From Schizochytrium sp. TIO01 (lineage: Eukaryota; Protista; Bigyra: Labyrinthulomycetes), in NCBI GenBank assembly GCA_004764695.1, contig SMSO01000034.1, positions 1,860,001-1,924,000 on the forward strand: DNA of 64,000 nucleotides, read 5' to 3'. This document shows positions 1-13,115 of the stretch, in pieces; position 1 is the first letter of the stretch, and the number at the start of each line of letters is the position of its first letter. The position numbers were made by a program, and so were the translations under genes. Below the pieces are notes generated by a model, which was not told where the DNA came from, did no database searches, and was given only the letters and a program-made list of their open reading frames with translations.

Positions 1-271
1 TCCGACTTGAAGCTCGAGTTTTGTCGCGTGCAGCCTGTGCTTATGATGTTTTGGTCTCGATCCACGCAGGCGATTGATTGTTGATTCATCTTCTTCTTCG
101 AATGCACACTTGGTCGCGCGGACCGTGAGAAAACAGCGCCAAACGAACCCACGCCGCCAGTACCTTGGCACGTTTCAATAAAGCAAGTGGCTGGGGAAAG
201 ATAGCGCAAAGAGGCCAAGAAGCCATCCATTCTGAAAGAGGCCTGAAAGCAAAGCCGCCGAGCTCTGGCTC

Positions 272-328
272 GATTTGATCTGATTTGATTTGGTATGATT
301 TGATTTGATTTGATTTGGTTTGGTTTGA
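272..328. repeat. (GATTT)n/(GGTTT)n degenerate pentanucleotide microsatellite
   Basis: Run of gatttgatct...gatttgatttgatttggtttggtttg read directly. Confidence 0.85.
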
Positions 329-1561
329 TAGACTATCCAAGCAAAAGCTCAGGGGGGACTGAGGATCGCAGAAGAATACGTGCTCAGCACACCGGGAGCC
401 AGGAGTCCGAACGCGCGTAGAATCCTTCGAGTTTGAGGAGCTTCTTTTGCGCTCCTGGAAAGATGCGATATGGGTTGAATGGATGAAGGATCGCACACAT
501 AATAGAGCGCCAAGATTCTGCGCTGCGAAGGAAACGACGTCGGGTGAATTGAGAAGAAGGAAATGCGCGCTGGCTGAGCCTGGCATTCAGGATCAAAGAG
601 GTGCTGTAAGCAGGCAAGGAGGGCGGCCAGAGCAAGATGGACCACGGCACGGACGCACGCTCTTTAAGTACTGCCGACAGCAAGCGCTTCTGGGGGGATT
701 TTAACCGCAGACATAATCGTATCGCAGCGACCAGATCCGTTCTGACGCTTTTCATGGTTCCAACGGGAGCAAAGGCTTTTTTCTGCCGACTTTTGAATGA
801 ATCCTCGAGGTCTTTATGCGCCTGTTTTGCAGCGTGTCTTAGTTTTTACAGCCAGATTTAATGAAGATGATCAGGAGCGATGTCTTCCATTTATTAGTCC
901 TTTGGCAAGAACCTAAAATAATACATTAGCTCGCCCCAACGAAGGTTTGCAGACCGGCCGACTCAGCAAAAGTGATGAAGAGGGCGGGAAAGCAAGCCTA
1001 AGCAGAGATCATCTTCACACGGATCGGCTCATAAAGCATTTCCTCATTATTGAATTTGATTTGATTTGGATCTATTTGGTTGAGATTTTAGATGAAAATT
1101 ACACTTGTTTCTATAATGTTGATTACTTAATTCTAAAAGCGATAATTCGAATATAATGTTACGAAAAACATATTTTAATAGTGTACAATTCACCTAATTA
1201 CATCCCAAAAGTTCCAGCCCCGTTTTGATTCTTGCGCTCGGATCCTTGCTTTCTACTTTTTACGGCCCGATGCCTTCGCCATTTACGAGCAATGGCACCA
1301 GATAGCGAGAAAAGATCCAACGAAATACGATATGGTGCGTCCACAGTATAGTCTTCTTTCTTGCTCTCTCCTTCATCTCGGACTATGTATCTTTTCTTTT
1401 CTTAAAGAAAAGAATGAATGAATAAATGTACTGTGGGTCCGCGTATAGTGTCATCATAGGTACCTCCTACCTACCTCCCATCACGCGCCATCGCACGGTT
1501 CGAGTGCGTGTTTCGTTGGCTCTTCGAAGAAATGGAGCAGCGTCGACACAACAGCGGTACT

Positions 1562-1588
<27 letters not shown>
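1562..1588. repeat. (GA)n microsatellite
   Basis: Uninterrupted gagaga run. Confidence 0.95.
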
Positions 1589-1593
<5 letters not shown>

Positions 1594-1647
1594 ACAATCA
1601 AATTGCTCTATTGTTCGCTTGGCACAGCACGAATACATAAATAAAAT

Positions 1648-1720
1648 GAACAAACAAACAAACAAACAAACAAACAAACAAACAAACAAACAAACAAACA
1701 AACAAACAAACAAACAAACA
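1648..1720. repeat. (AAAC)n microsatellite
   Basis: About 18 AAAC units; they generate the spurious 'FVCL' ORFs in the track. Confidence 0.95.
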
Positions 1721-2792
1721 GATACAAAAGAGGTCCGAGCCGCACTCGAGCTGATTGAGGGGTCCTTAAGACGCCATCCGAGGTTTTGAGGGCTGGGATT
1801 TTAATTTGGCAGCAAGAACAACGACATTCCAGAGAAAAAGAGGTCCAGCAAAGTGGAAAGATGGAATCAGCTGCTACGGGGAAAAGGCACATGCCACGTT
1901 GATTAAGTGATTGATTGATTAAAATTAATTGACTGATTAATTGATTGACGACAACGCGTTGCGACAGTTTCCAAGTGATACTATATTGCTCGTACTACTT
2001 CTACCCTGCACGCAATCAAGGAAACTCGCTCAGATGAGACTAAATCCAAGCGGCTTGCAAAAGAGGGAGCGAACACAGACCAGAATCTCTGCTCTGAGAA
2101 AGAAGCTACCGATATTCTGCAAAGGAAACTCGGGAGTGGCAATAATGGAGTCGCCTGTCATTTTAAACAAACAGTGCGCTGCTAGCAGCTCCACGAGCGT
2201 CTTCAAGCTCTACTATGCATGTTGTTCTTCTATCATCATTTAGCACTGTACATTGTTTAAACGAAGGCTCCTTCTCTCGCTTCTTTCAAAGCGTTTGAAA
2301 AGAGTAGGCAGCAGGCATCTTTATACTCTTAATTATAAAGGTGTTCAACCACGGTCTGAAATGCAAAATGCAAATACTCACAACGCGTGGCGTGACAAAT
2401 CCCCGTAAGCGCGCCCACTGCCTTCCTACTGAGGGTAGCCACCACTGGCAAAAGTAACCTGGTGGGAGAAGCTTCTGAGAATTACATATCCTTTTACGCC
2501 TGAATCGGTCGCTGAAGAAAGATAAGTGGCGGCTCTCTTGCTGTCTGGTAAAACTTTTGTGCCTCCAATTCCGTCTATTTTCGTTTTTCGTGGGGAATGT
2601 TTTCATCACTGCCCTTGAAAGATATTTTTTAACCTATCTATCTTCAGTGTATTTCTTTTTTAATCGAGTCATGACTGTCAACAATATAATAACAACTGAT
2701 AATTTTAGCTTGGAAAGCTTTTTTTTCTCAACATTAGATTTTAATTATTTTATACTTTTAACCCAATTTTTAAATGTTTTTTTTTTAAGACT

Positions 2793-2937
2793 AGTCGGTC
2801 TTTTCATCATTAATCTTTAAATTAATGTTTCTTTTGTCTTTTTTAAGAATAGTCAGTCTTTTCATCATTAATTTCTAAATTAATGTTTCTTTTGTCTTTT
2901 TTTTTTAAGTCAGTCTTTTCATCATTGATTTCTAAAT
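2793..2937. repeat. ~58-bp AT-rich minisatellite, about 2.5 copies
   Basis: agtc(g/a)gtcttttcatcattaat...aaattaatgtttcttttgtctttttt recurs at about 2793, 2851 and 2908 (third copy partial). Confidence 0.8.
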
Positions 2938-4335
2938 TTCGATCATTTTTATGTTTTAAAACGTTTTAAATAAATACACAATTAATTTTATAGTTAAAAA
3001 CGCTTTAAAATATAATACTGGGGCTGTATTTTATTATTTCAAACTTGTTTACCTCTATAGAGAGAGTTCCATTCATGACTTTGACAGCTCACTGAATTCC
3101 ATAAGTGCTTTTAAGAGGTCCTTGTCAGTCTGTCACTTACTACAGCAAAAACCTTAGAAAACGAAGTTGTGTCCTTTTTTTGAGCATTTCTGGAGGTTCA
3201 GAGAAAATGCGATGCATCGTCAGCTTTTTAAAATCCACAACAACTCACCACAAAAGAAGTTCTCCGTCCTTTCTTCCTTTGCTTCTTCCTTTCACTGACT
3301 GATCGATCATTCATCGTTTAATTTCTCCCTCAGAAGTCAAGTAAAACGAGTGCCTTCGTCTTTGTTTCGAAAGCGACTTCATTATTCGCACCATTTCATG
3401 CACAGCATTTCATTCACTCACCGCATTTCTTTCCTCTAGCTGGAGACGCGCGTGTGCATGTGAGAAGAGAGCTAGCTTCTGAGCGGCCTCGGGCACGAGC
3501 TGACCATTCGCGGCGCTCGTCCTTCCCTGCGTGGACGACTGCAGCGGCCTGACTCGGCGTCGCTTGCTTGTGCTCTGGCAAAGAGGAATCCTTTCGAAGA
3601 GGAATCCATCCTTTGGAAGAGGAAACGCGTGAAGTACCTGATGATTCGTTTCCAATTGCCAGGACAAATGAGACGAGGCCCGGCCGCGACGATTTTGTGT
3701 TTTGAGACTTCACTGTCAAGAAAGGTCGACCCTGATAGATAATGTGATGTTATCTTTTGGGAGCAGCTCTTGCTTTTGAAAGCAAGCCTTTCCAGGGGCT
3801 TGGCAACATTCTTGTTGCTGCTTATGATGATGATGATGACGAGGAGGTCCATGATGATGATTTTGAGAGGGAACAGAACTCGTGGCATGATTATCAGAAC
3901 CAAGCTGGAGTGCATCGAAAGCTGTGAATTAGACTATGCATGATTACACTTTTGTGGCGGTCCTCCGTCCTCCAGGATTCGAGGGTAATCGTGTTGGCTA
4001 GTTGACGAGAAACACGGACATAGCGGAGGTCGAGAATAGTAGTTGTTTTGCAGGTTCGCTTTGTTGTTTTGTTGGCTCTTTTCCCCTCAGGCCAATAAAA
4101 GGGAACAATGAAAAAGAATGTGGAGGACAAACAAATGGTGCATTTGCCGTGTGATATTTACTCCACTTTATTTTATTCTTATAAAAAAGGAAGAGATCAT
4201 GTGAAATCATGGCGCCCTCGAAGAACTTGAGGGGCTCGAAGAGATCCTTGTGGTGATCGGCCTTGCTCGCATAGTCTCCCTACGCAGGCGGAGAACTCCA
4301 TCGCGATGATCATCAGGCACCATCGGCGTGATACA

Positions 4336-4377
4336 GAAGAAGAAGAAGAAGAAGAAGAAGAAGAAGAAGAAGAAGAA
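4336..4377. repeat. (GAA)n microsatellite
   Basis: About 14 GAA units. Confidence 0.95.
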
Positions 4378-5735
4378 CCTCTACATAACCTGTGCGAGGA
4401 AACCATTTTAAAATTAACGCGAGCGACAGCATGCTTGAAGAAAAACTAAGAACCCACATGCTCCATCCAAAACTTGAGTCTACCCGGCCACGCATTGCTG
4501 AGGAACTTGAACAAGTAAAACTCAAAAGACTGGAAGTTTTCGAGTTGTTGTCACACGACGACAACTTCGTCACGGATGTTTTTATAAACGTAATGGGAAG
4601 TAGGTAGGGTACGAATACAAGATTTGGAAATGCCTTCCATGTAGAGCAGGGTCGGGCTCTGCAATTGATCAAAGGAAATGGCCACGGAAAGAATTTGGCT
4701 TAGAACAGCAGCTTCAGCCAGAGACAATTGATTGCTGCGGTCCAAAGTACTGAGGCCGCTTGGCTTGCTCCTCGCCAGAAGAGCGTGACCCTCGTCTGAC
4801 GGTCAGTCGCACGTAGCTTTGCGCAATTTAACCAATTGTTCAAGCAGCACACAGATACCTCGTAGGAGTCTGTCGTTGCCTTGCTTTCAACTATGTTGAG
4901 AAGTGGAATTGTGAAGTGGTTACCTTTTCACCTTTTCGCCATGAATCTCTAAGCGCATTTCGAGACTCGAGAGTGGCTGACCACGCGGAGGAGAGACGCA
5001 CGAATTAAAGGAACAACTGCGGCATGAACCAGCTTTAATAGAGCCGATGGCATGACTGCAATTATCTTTTTAATCTTTTTAATACATCGTTCATTCACCT
5101 TGCACGAGTAAACCCCCTTCATCGTACGTAGGCGGATTCAGAGACGATATTGAGACCTTACTTGATGAAAAAGACCCCATCACGTCGGACACTTTCTCGA
5201 ATTCTTTTCGCTTTCAATTCGACTCTTTTGGCAAGTTAGGATAGATAGACAGATAGTAGCCCTACTCGTTCTTTGTCTGAATACGATCCAAAAAAGAATG
5301 GGTGCTACTGACTATCTTTTGATTGTGCTCTCCTTTCCTTTTCCCAAAATATATATAACCCTGTAGATTGCGGCGTTTAAAAAACAAAATACAAAATACA
5401 AAACGTACTACGCATTCGTAGTACCCGTGGAAATTTCTCTGGGCCGTGTCGTAAAAAAGTAGCTCCTATCTATTTCATCTGTTTTTCTAGATGTCGACAA
5501 ACTTCTGCCAAACAGAAAATAATCAGATCATCTTTGACAAAAGGGGACACGAATCATGCTTCTGATTTACCAAAAGGTTTCTTTATCTGCATTTTAGGCA
5601 AGCTTCCATTTGCTTAATATAAATCTCTTCAAAACACAATCAGCACGATTTTCAAGATGATCAATCAATTCAATGGAAGGCGTTAAATACTCGCAATCGC
5701 TCGGCACATAGGAAGGTTACACTGTGCTGTAGCTT

Positions 5736-6134
5736 TGCTGAGATTTTCAATCGAAGGAAACTAGTCAACAAGACATTGCTAGAGTTCTTGGTATCCCTTT
5801 GTAAATACTACGTAGACACACGGCTTACAATAGCGCAGAACTAGACAGCTAGACTTACGTGGCGGCTAAAGTCAAGAACCAAAAGTGTGACTAAACACTA
5901 TCTAGATCCAGGTATGGTGTAACTTGAAGTGATGATTAAAGAGATTGAATTAACCTTACCCGTCAAGTATCTCTAGCACAGCTCAAGTATGGCTTTAGCC
6001 TCCTCAATACTACATGAATCAGTATATCCTGGAATTCATTTCCAGGACAACAGTTCTTTGACTCTTATAATTAATCTTCTTAATTCCTTCACCTTTACAA
6101 TCAACCTCCAGCTGACTGGATTCATTTTTCAGCA
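5736..6134 (+). mobile_element. Solo LTR, family A, copy 1 (strand arbitrary)
   Basis: 399 bp, TGCTGAG...TCAGCA (TG..CA with short terminal inverted repeats). Flanks agctt/acctt (4/5 match, TSD-like). Alignable by eye to copies at 6909, 49123 and 50297. Confidence 0.75.
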
Positions 6135-6908
6135 ACCTTGTAGGACTTCATATAAGCGAGGTATAAACAATCGCTAAAAGCACAGCTTGGATGAGCCCAA
6201 ATGGTATTCGTGATTGTAAAAATCTAAAAGGTTGGAATGGATTATGCTGTTAGTAGTCTGTTTTTTAATGGTGCCTTCTAGTCAGCTGAAGGTTGTCAGG
6301 TAATCTTAAACAGAATTCTTGAAACTCCGGAAGATATTTTAGAAAAAAATCATCGTAACCTTAAGCTTTTACCGCTATAGCCTTCAACATGAATTTTAGG
6401 GCGAAGTTCTTCGTATCAAATTTTCTGACAGATTGCAGGCTAGCATCCGCGCATTGAATAAGCTTCCATTGTTTTATTTTAAACTTACATAAACCCAATC
6501 TATTGTTAAAAGAATTCAAAACTCAAAATTATCTCATCTTCAATACTATTCTTCACAAATAACCTGTATGTTGAGCTATCTTCATCCCCTCTATATATCA
6601 GCCAAGGCTTACGATAAATCCTTTACTTGTAATTTCGCGAGAAATTATTGAAAACAAGACTTTAAGCAATGCTTCGAGAACAATCAAATAACAAAACACA
6701 ATGTCACATGACAAAACTTATTTGTGAAAAGAGTAAACAGAAATAAAATGATGAAGGTCAGAAATATAGCTAAGAATACAATAAATTATTCCAGGGTTCT
6801 CGTCTCGAGAGAAGCTAGTATCGTGAACCAATTTGTTGAAATGAAAATTAGATACTTATCCCCGTAAATGGGGAAGTTACAATGTTCATAGAAAATTGGA
6901 CATGTACA

Positions 6909-7307
6909 TGCTGAGATCTTCAATTGAAAAAACTAGAGGACAAGACATTGCTAGAGTTCTTGGTGTCCCCTTGTAAAGACTTCTGGACATAGGGTTATAA
7001 TAAAGCAGAACTAAACAACTAATCTTATGTGAATGCTGAGTCAAGAACCAAAAGTGAAACTACATATTACCTAAATCCAAGCAAGTATGGTGCAACTCGG
7101 ATTGATGGCTGAAGAGATTGAATTATCCTAACACCGTCAAGTATATCGAACACAGTTCAAGAATATCGTAGCCTCCTAATTACTACATGAATCAGCCTGC
7201 CCTGGAATTCGTTTCATGGACAGCACTTCGCTAACTCTTCATTTCGACCTTCATAAAGCATTCATCTTGAAAATCAACCTCCAGCTGACCAGATTCGTCT
7301 CTCAGCA
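6909..7307 (+). mobile_element. Solo LTR, family A, copy 2
   Basis: 399 bp, TGCTGAGA...TCTCAGCA. Shares caagacattgctagagttcttggt, gtcaagaaccaaaagtg and caacctccagctgac with copy 1. Flanks gtaca/gtaag (3/5). Confidence 0.7.
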
Positions 7308-8000
7308 GTAAGTACATGCATGATCATCACATGAAATAGAAGCCCTGCATATAGATAGACATGTAAAATTTGGAACGACAAAACAAGAGATTCGTATGAT
7401 AGAATGAAACGGTAGATGAATGAATAATTTGTGCTACAACGGATGGGTATAGGTTTGGTAAGTATGTTTAATGAATTTGTCGCAAGACATTAAATTGAGC
7501 GCATGTTTTGACATGGATATTTAGAATACCTTGCAAAAGAGACTGCTGTTTTTTTTTTGTCTTTTGTCTTCAAAGTTCTTTTTTTTTTTTTATTCTTGAG
7601 GTGATAGGGCGTATGGCAGACTATGATGACCACGGTCTCTACGGTTTGGGTAGGTTCTTTGTCATCTTGTGCCTGAGAGTGATCTGCGTATTATAAAGGT
7701 GCAAGTACAGCTCTGTGCACGCTATGACCCGCTATGACCCCCCCCATCCACACTAGAGAAACGGTGCATATCGACGGAGCTTGATTAAGCATATGTTAAA
7801 AAATGCTCGGAAAAGAAATGGCATGAGGGAGAGGCCATTTCACACAATGTGCATGTATGCCCCGCCTTTCCTCTATATCACAAAATTGTTTGCGATACTA
7901 ACCGCAGCAGGCCCTATTTCTCATAGCTCTTTGTGGAGTGAGAATGCGATACAATGACAATGAGTCTTGGTAGGGCTATGCTTGGCGAATTGAGCTTCAT

Positions 8001-11000
8001 TTAGAAGTCGACCTCATTCTCCTCGTCATCGTCATCCGCAAGGACCTTTTGCTTCTTCGTAGCAGGTTCATCGCCATCCCCCTTGTTGGCATCTCCGGCG
8101 GCATCACCACCCTTGTCCTGGTTAGCCTTGTCACCTGCCTCAGCATCGGAATCCTCGCCAAAAAGGTTATCAGAGTCTGAGTCAGAGCCATTGGCCTTCT
8201 TATTAATGCTATTAGCTCCTGCCGCCTCATCCCCTGAGGAGTCGGAAGAGCCACCCCCGGCACTAGCAGCAGCACCAGACCGCAAACGTTTCTTAGTCTT
8301 GAGTTTCTTCCCTCCAGAAGCAGCACCAGCGGCGGCCTTGGCAGTCTTCTTACCTGTGACCTTTTTGGCCTTCTTCTTCTTACCACCAGCAGCTGCCTTC
8401 TTCTTAGCCTTGTTAGCTTTCTTCTCTTCGTCGCCAGAATCATCTGAGTCAGAGTCTGAGGAACTACCAGAAGAGCTTGATGAGGAGCTCGAAGAGGAGC
8501 TTGAGCTGCCATCAGACCCAGATCCATTATCCACAAAGTCGTCCTCGTTCTTTTTCTGCTTCTTCTTGCGACCTGCATTCTTCTTCTGCTGTTTCTTTTG
8601 GGCCTGGATCTCGAGGAGCTTCTCCTGGACCTCCTTGAGTTTCTGTTCCTGCTCCTGGAGGCGCTGCTGGTTCTCAGCATCTTCCTCGCGGCGCTTAGCC
8701 TCGGCTGCTTCCTTAGCCAATCGTTTCGCCTCAGCCTTCTGGAGAATATTGCTCTGCACAAGCTCGATCTGCATCTCGTTCTCAAGCTCCTTTTCGCGCT
8801 CAATCTCCACATAGCGGTCTGATCCTTTCAGGAGTTTGGCTGCTACACCCGCACGGTCCTTCGACTTTCGCGAGCGTACAGTGCCATCGTCTCGAGGAGC
8901 TCTCGTCTGCAAAGCTCGCCTACATCCGGGTACAGCGTCTGGGTCTTCGTGAAAGAGGTCATCACTATCATTTTTATTATCTCCATTGGTGGCATTTTTC
9001 CAATTCATCTTAAAGTAACCCTGATTCTCCGCAGGTGGCTTGCCCTTTGGTGATCTTGGTGCCTGCAAGAAGAGCTCCTGGCCTTTGCCTCCAGCTGATC
9101 CCTTGCCTCCAGATCCATCCTTGCCTGCAAGTCCAAGCCTTTCGCGAGTCACAGCGAGCCAACGATGAATGTCTCTCGCAAGTTCAAAACCTGATACAGC
9201 CTTTAGCACACGCTGCAATGTACGAGTGTTGGTGTCTTCGCAGACCTCAATGCCATGCTCGAGTAGGAGCTCGGCCATGTTGTACCGCAGGGCAAGATTT
9301 GCAGGGTCCAGGTACATGGCCTTCACGAGCGCTGCTTGTGCGTCAGAGTACTTTTTCGCACACATGTTCGCATTAGCAAGGTAAAGGAGAAGTTCCGTAT
9401 CGTTGGCCATATCGAAGCGCTTGATGCACTGCTCGTATAATGAAGCTGCTGCTTCGAAGCGTCCTTCCTCGACGGCGACATGCGCAAGATTAATCCACAC
9501 AGACGGGTTAGCTGCATCCTCGGGTTCACGCAGCCTTTCTAGCAGTGACCGTGCCTGTTTTAGATGCCCCTGCGATGCAAGAACGACCGCCATTCCATTT
9601 GCCGCATAGACACAGTTCGGGTTTCCGTCAAGAATCTTCTCGTACCAGTTCTTGGCAAAGTCGATACCCTGTTTCCAGTGTTTCGCCGCTGCCGCTCCTG
9701 CCGCTCCTGCGCCAAAGCCACGTTGCTTCAGGCCTCCAACTTTCCTCAACGCATCATTTGCGAGTGAAAGTTTCGAGTAAACATCATACACACTCTGTGA
9801 CTTCGCCTCTTTGCGCTTGAGCATATTGAGCTTATTAAAGGCCTCCTGTGCCTTTGAGGACTCTCCGCGCCGAGCATGAAGTCTTCCAAGCATCGCGAGA
9901 GCGTCTCCTGCATTGGTTGTCGTCGCTTCCGCTGCTTCCGAATAAAGCGCTTCTGCTTGGGCCCACCGCCCATGTCTCTCAGCCATGCGTCCTCTCTGGA
10001 GCACGGGCTCTGTGAGTTTCGGAAGCTCTTTGTGAAGCTCTTCGTAGAGACTATCTGCTTCGTCGAGAGAGCCAGTCTGATCGAGTACCAACGCGAGATT
10101 CAGTCTGAGCGTGACAGAATCAACTGCACTAAGGCGGTCCTTTGACTCCTCAAGTCCATTGCGGAATGCCACAAGCGCTGCCTTCACATCTCCGAGAGCA
10201 AAGTTAAGTTCTCCTACGTTGTTAAAGACATAGTGAGCGAGGTTGGGCATGCCTCGAGCGGCCTTCTTGTATGCACGCATGGCGTCTTTGAGATCTTTGC
10301 GGCGCGGGTTGTCAACCTTTTGCAACACTCGCGCCTCTTCAAGCCATGCCTCCCAGTCTCCTGGATCCTCCTGTGTGAGTTGTCTAAGCTGCGCAAGCGC
10401 CATCTCACGACGCCTGCCGCGATGGTGAAGCCAGGCAAGCATGAGTCGTGTATCGCGATCGTTGCGGAATTCAGGCTGTCGCAAGATCTCCTCACCGAGT
10501 TGGATGGCTTTGTCAGGTGCATCGCGAGCGTCCTCGTCGTCGGCACCGCGTTCCATCTGCCACACGCGCATTTGCATCTCTCCGAACATGGCGAGAGGGT
10601 ATGAGGAAGCCATGCTGCGAGCACGCTTGTAGCACTCGAGTGCCTCCGAGTACTTTGCCTTCTCCTGATAGTATCTACCCAAGATGAAGAGTGATTCGGC
10701 GCGGACATCACTGTCACCAGAAGCAGAGTGGTACGCGGTCTTGGCGAGGTTCGCAACCCGATTAGAGTTGCTGTTGTTATTGTCATTGGTACCATCATTG
10801 CCACTGCCATTGCTACCGCTGCCGCCGGCATTGGCATTTGTAGAAGAGGACGACTTGCGGAAGAAAAAGTGGTTTGCAAGATGGTTGAGAGCAGTGGAGT
10901 TTGTGTGCTGCAGCTCAAAAGCTCGACGAATACGCTGCATGGCACGTTGCGACAGAGCAACATCAAAATTATTATCCTGCGCCTCACCAAGCTCCAATAC

Positions 11001-11786
11001 CGCAAGAGCCACCAGCGCGTTGGTATCATCTTCATCGACCTCGAGAGCTCTTGCAAAGCACTCCTTCGCTCGCTTGAGACGATTGAGCTTGTAGTAACAA
11101 AGGCCCATATTCACACGCACCACAGATCCACACCCAGGATGGAGCTCTAGAACTCGACGGTAGTCCTTGAGTGCTGCCTTGTAGCGTTTTTCCTCCCAGG
11201 CCACACCACCACGACCCAGCATCGCTAACAAGTGCTTTCGATCCAGATCAAGAGCGTCCTCAAAGTGACCCGCTGCGGCGTCATAGTCCTTCCATAGTAG
11301 TTTGAGCACACCCCGAATTGCAACAGTCGTGGCAGTCTCTTTGATAGTACTTGCACGCACGAGAAGGTCCAAAGCATCGCCGTGTTGACTTCTGACGGAG
11401 ATCATAAGAGCCGCGCGAGCGTTAAGGAGGTCCACACGGCCCTGGCGGTCACTCTCAAACTCACGCTCAACATCGGGACCTGTACCGATCTCCAGGATAC
11501 GAAGGCAATCATCAAGACGGTCTTGAGCATAGTAAGCAACGGCAAAGGACAGCCAACGGTGAAGAGCGGCCTTCTCAGCCGCGAGAACGGGCAGCAGTTC
11601 ATTGGCGGGGGGGAGTTCAGCCACAGGAACACTGACAACCTGGTCGGTCTCAAGACCCTCAGCATCACGAACAGGAATCTCGAGCACGAGATCCCTTCTG
11701 TCCACGGGAGTCAGGGAGGCGTTTGCATTTGCGTTTGAAGGGTTGCTGCTGCGGCTCTGGGACACCTCCAGCTGCTGAGAACTCAT
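8001..11786 (-). CDS. CTR9: RNA polymerase II-associated PAF1 complex subunit CTR9 (TPR protein, acidic/Ser/Lys-rich tail)
   Basis: Single ORF of ~1260 aa. N-terminal LEIPV..ELP..L..E.A.L..W..FAVAYY, many TPRs, ALNHLANHFFF, N.YAANG.AVVLA..G and VWINLAHV..E.G.F..A..LYEQC are typical of CTR9. Start taken at the ATG of MSSQQ. Confidence 0.92.
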   Translation of the reverse strand: MSSQQLEVSQSRSSNPSNANANASLTPVDRRDLVLEIPVRDAEGLETDQVVSVPVAELPPANELLPVLAAEKAALHRWLSFAVAYYAQDRLDDCLRILEIGTGPDVEREFESDRQGRVDLLNARAALMISVRSQHGDALDLLVRASTIKETATTVAIRGVLKLLWKDYDAAAGHFEDALDLDRKHLLAMLGRGGVAWEEKRYKAALKDYRRVLELHPGCGSVVRVNMGLCYYKLNRLKRAKECFARALEVDEDDTNALVALAVLELGEAQDNNFDVALSQRAMQRIRRAFELQHTNSTALNHLANHFFFRKSSSSTNANAGGSGSNGSGNDGTNDNNNSNSNRVANLAKTAYHSASGDSDVRAESLFILGRYYQEKAKYSEALECYKRARSMASSYPLAMFGEMQMRVWQMERGADDEDARDAPDKAIQLGEEILRQPEFRNDRDTRLMLAWLHHRGRRREMALAQLRQLTQEDPGDWEAWLEEARVLQKVDNPRRKDLKDAMRAYKKAARGMPNLAHYVFNNVGELNFALGDVKAALVAFRNGLEESKDRLSAVDSVTLRLNLALVLDQTGSLDEADSLYEELHKELPKLTEPVLQRGRMAERHGRWAQAEALYSEAAEATTTNAGDALAMLGRLHARRGESSKAQEAFNKLNMLKRKEAKSQSVYDVYSKLSLANDALRKVGGLKQRGFGAGAAGAAAAKHWKQGIDFAKNWYEKILDGNPNCVYAANGMAVVLASQGHLKQARSLLERLREPEDAANPSVWINLAHVAVEEGRFEAAASLYEQCIKRFDMANDTELLLYLANANMCAKKYSDAQAALVKAMYLDPANLALRYNMAELLLEHGIEVCEDTNTRTLQRVLKAVSGFELARDIHRWLAVTRERLGLAGKDGSGGKGSAGGKGQELFLQAPRSPKGKPPAENQGYFKMNWKNATNGDNKNDSDDLFHEDPDAVPGCRRALQTRAPRDDGTVRSRKSKDRAGVAAKLLKGSDRYVEIEREKELENEMQIELVQSNILQKAEAKRLAKEAAEAKRREEDAENQQRLQEQEQKLKEVQEKLLEIQAQKKQQKKNAGRKKKQKKNEDDFVDNGSGSDGSSSSSSSSSSSSSGSSSDSDSDDSGDEEKKANKAKKKAAAGGKKKKAKKVTGKKTAKAAAGAASGGKKLKTKKRLRSGAAASAGGGSSDSSGDEAAGANSINKKANGSDSDSDNLFGEDSDAEAGDKANQDKGGDAAGDANKGDGDEPATKKQKVLADDDDEENEVDF

Positions 11787-13115
11787 GACGGAGATTGAGG
11801 CAGTACACAAAGATCAATTAAAACAGATGCGATGCGTGGATACTCTGCCAAGACGTGCAGCAGCTGAGGCAAGCGACTGAGGCCAAGCGAGACGGGATCG
11901 ATGCTGAAGCGGGATGAACAACAAGAGCAGGGAGAAAGAAGAAGACGGCAGCTCGCAGGCGGGCGGGAAAGAGTAGTGCGGAAGAGGAAGGCCGGGACCG
12001 CCGCGAGGCCTGGCGGACAGCGCAAGCGACCTAGCGCGAGGCGACCTGGCTCGGCTCAAGCGACGCACAGATCGCGAACCTTTCAGTTTGCCTCAGCGAA
12101 GAAGATGATCGAGCGATCGATCGATCGTTTACTTTCAATGTACTTATTCATCCTCATACTCCATAGTCTTTAAACATTAATAAGGCCTATCTATCTATCT
12201 ATCTATCTATCTACTTTTGATAGTACCCTACTAGTACTCCTATGTAGCACCTAGTACCTGCTATGTATGTATGTATTGTCTATCTGTCTTCTTATCCTTT
12301 TGATAGGAGTCAGGATAGCACAAACAATAGGAGTAGAAGGGAGAGAGTGGTCAACGCCGAGCCTAGGACTAGGCTATAGGCCACCTAGGCAGGAGTACCA
12401 GTGATATCAATAGCAGGGCCTAGGGAAAGGAATTACAGACAGCGTATTTTATTCTTAGGGTATTTTAAATAAAGGATCAATTAATTATCTTTTTTGTATA
12501 TGATATGCGCTGTTGCATAGTAGGTACCTGATAGGTACTAGTAGTGTTTTGTAAATCGTTGCTTTTCAATCGCATGATAGCGTATATTGAAATCTTTACA
12601 ATCTGAATGACGATAGTTGTTAAATAACACCAGCATCAAAGTGACCAAAACGCTTGGGACGAAATGAAATACCCGGAGAGATAGAATATCTACCTTGGAC
12701 CTGGACGTATGAACTTCAAAATGAAGCTTCGTACTGGCTGCGTGTCAATATTCTTTCTGCTATAAGTTTTATTTTTTTATTTTAAAAATCAAATGATCAC
12801 TTTATAAATTAAATTAAAAAAATACGGAGTAGCAGGCCTAGTTTTCATATTCATTGTCCAGCTTGTGCCACAATCATCGATCGTCAGTCACGGTAGCAAA
12901 ACTTCAAAGCTTGCTGTACAGACGCAAAGCATCAGATTGAACAGACGTAGCAGAATCAACAGGACCGTCTGTTCCACACAACACAAGTTGCGCAACAAAG
13001 CCAAAGGGCACAGTTGAGGCTTTGGTGGGAAACTAGACTATCTTTGGAAAGAACGACTTCGCAGCATATTCACGGACCAAACACCGTAACATACTTGGAT
13101 ATTATTGTCAAGGAA

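Noticed and set aside
86-861. Short ORFs at the window start
   Set aside because: No recognisable domain, overlap with a microsatellite, and no consistent splice model.
5736-7307. Single non-autonomous LTR element (TRIM) bounded by the two family A copies
   Set aside because: The outer flanks (agctt vs gtaag) do not match, each copy has its own TSD-like pair, and no PBS/PPT was recognised between them.
7997-11738. Long alternative-frame and antisense ORFs overlapping CTR9 (likewise over UNC45 and the 13-18 kb gene)
   Set aside because: Shadow ORFs of GC-rich coding sequence with no recognisable motifs.
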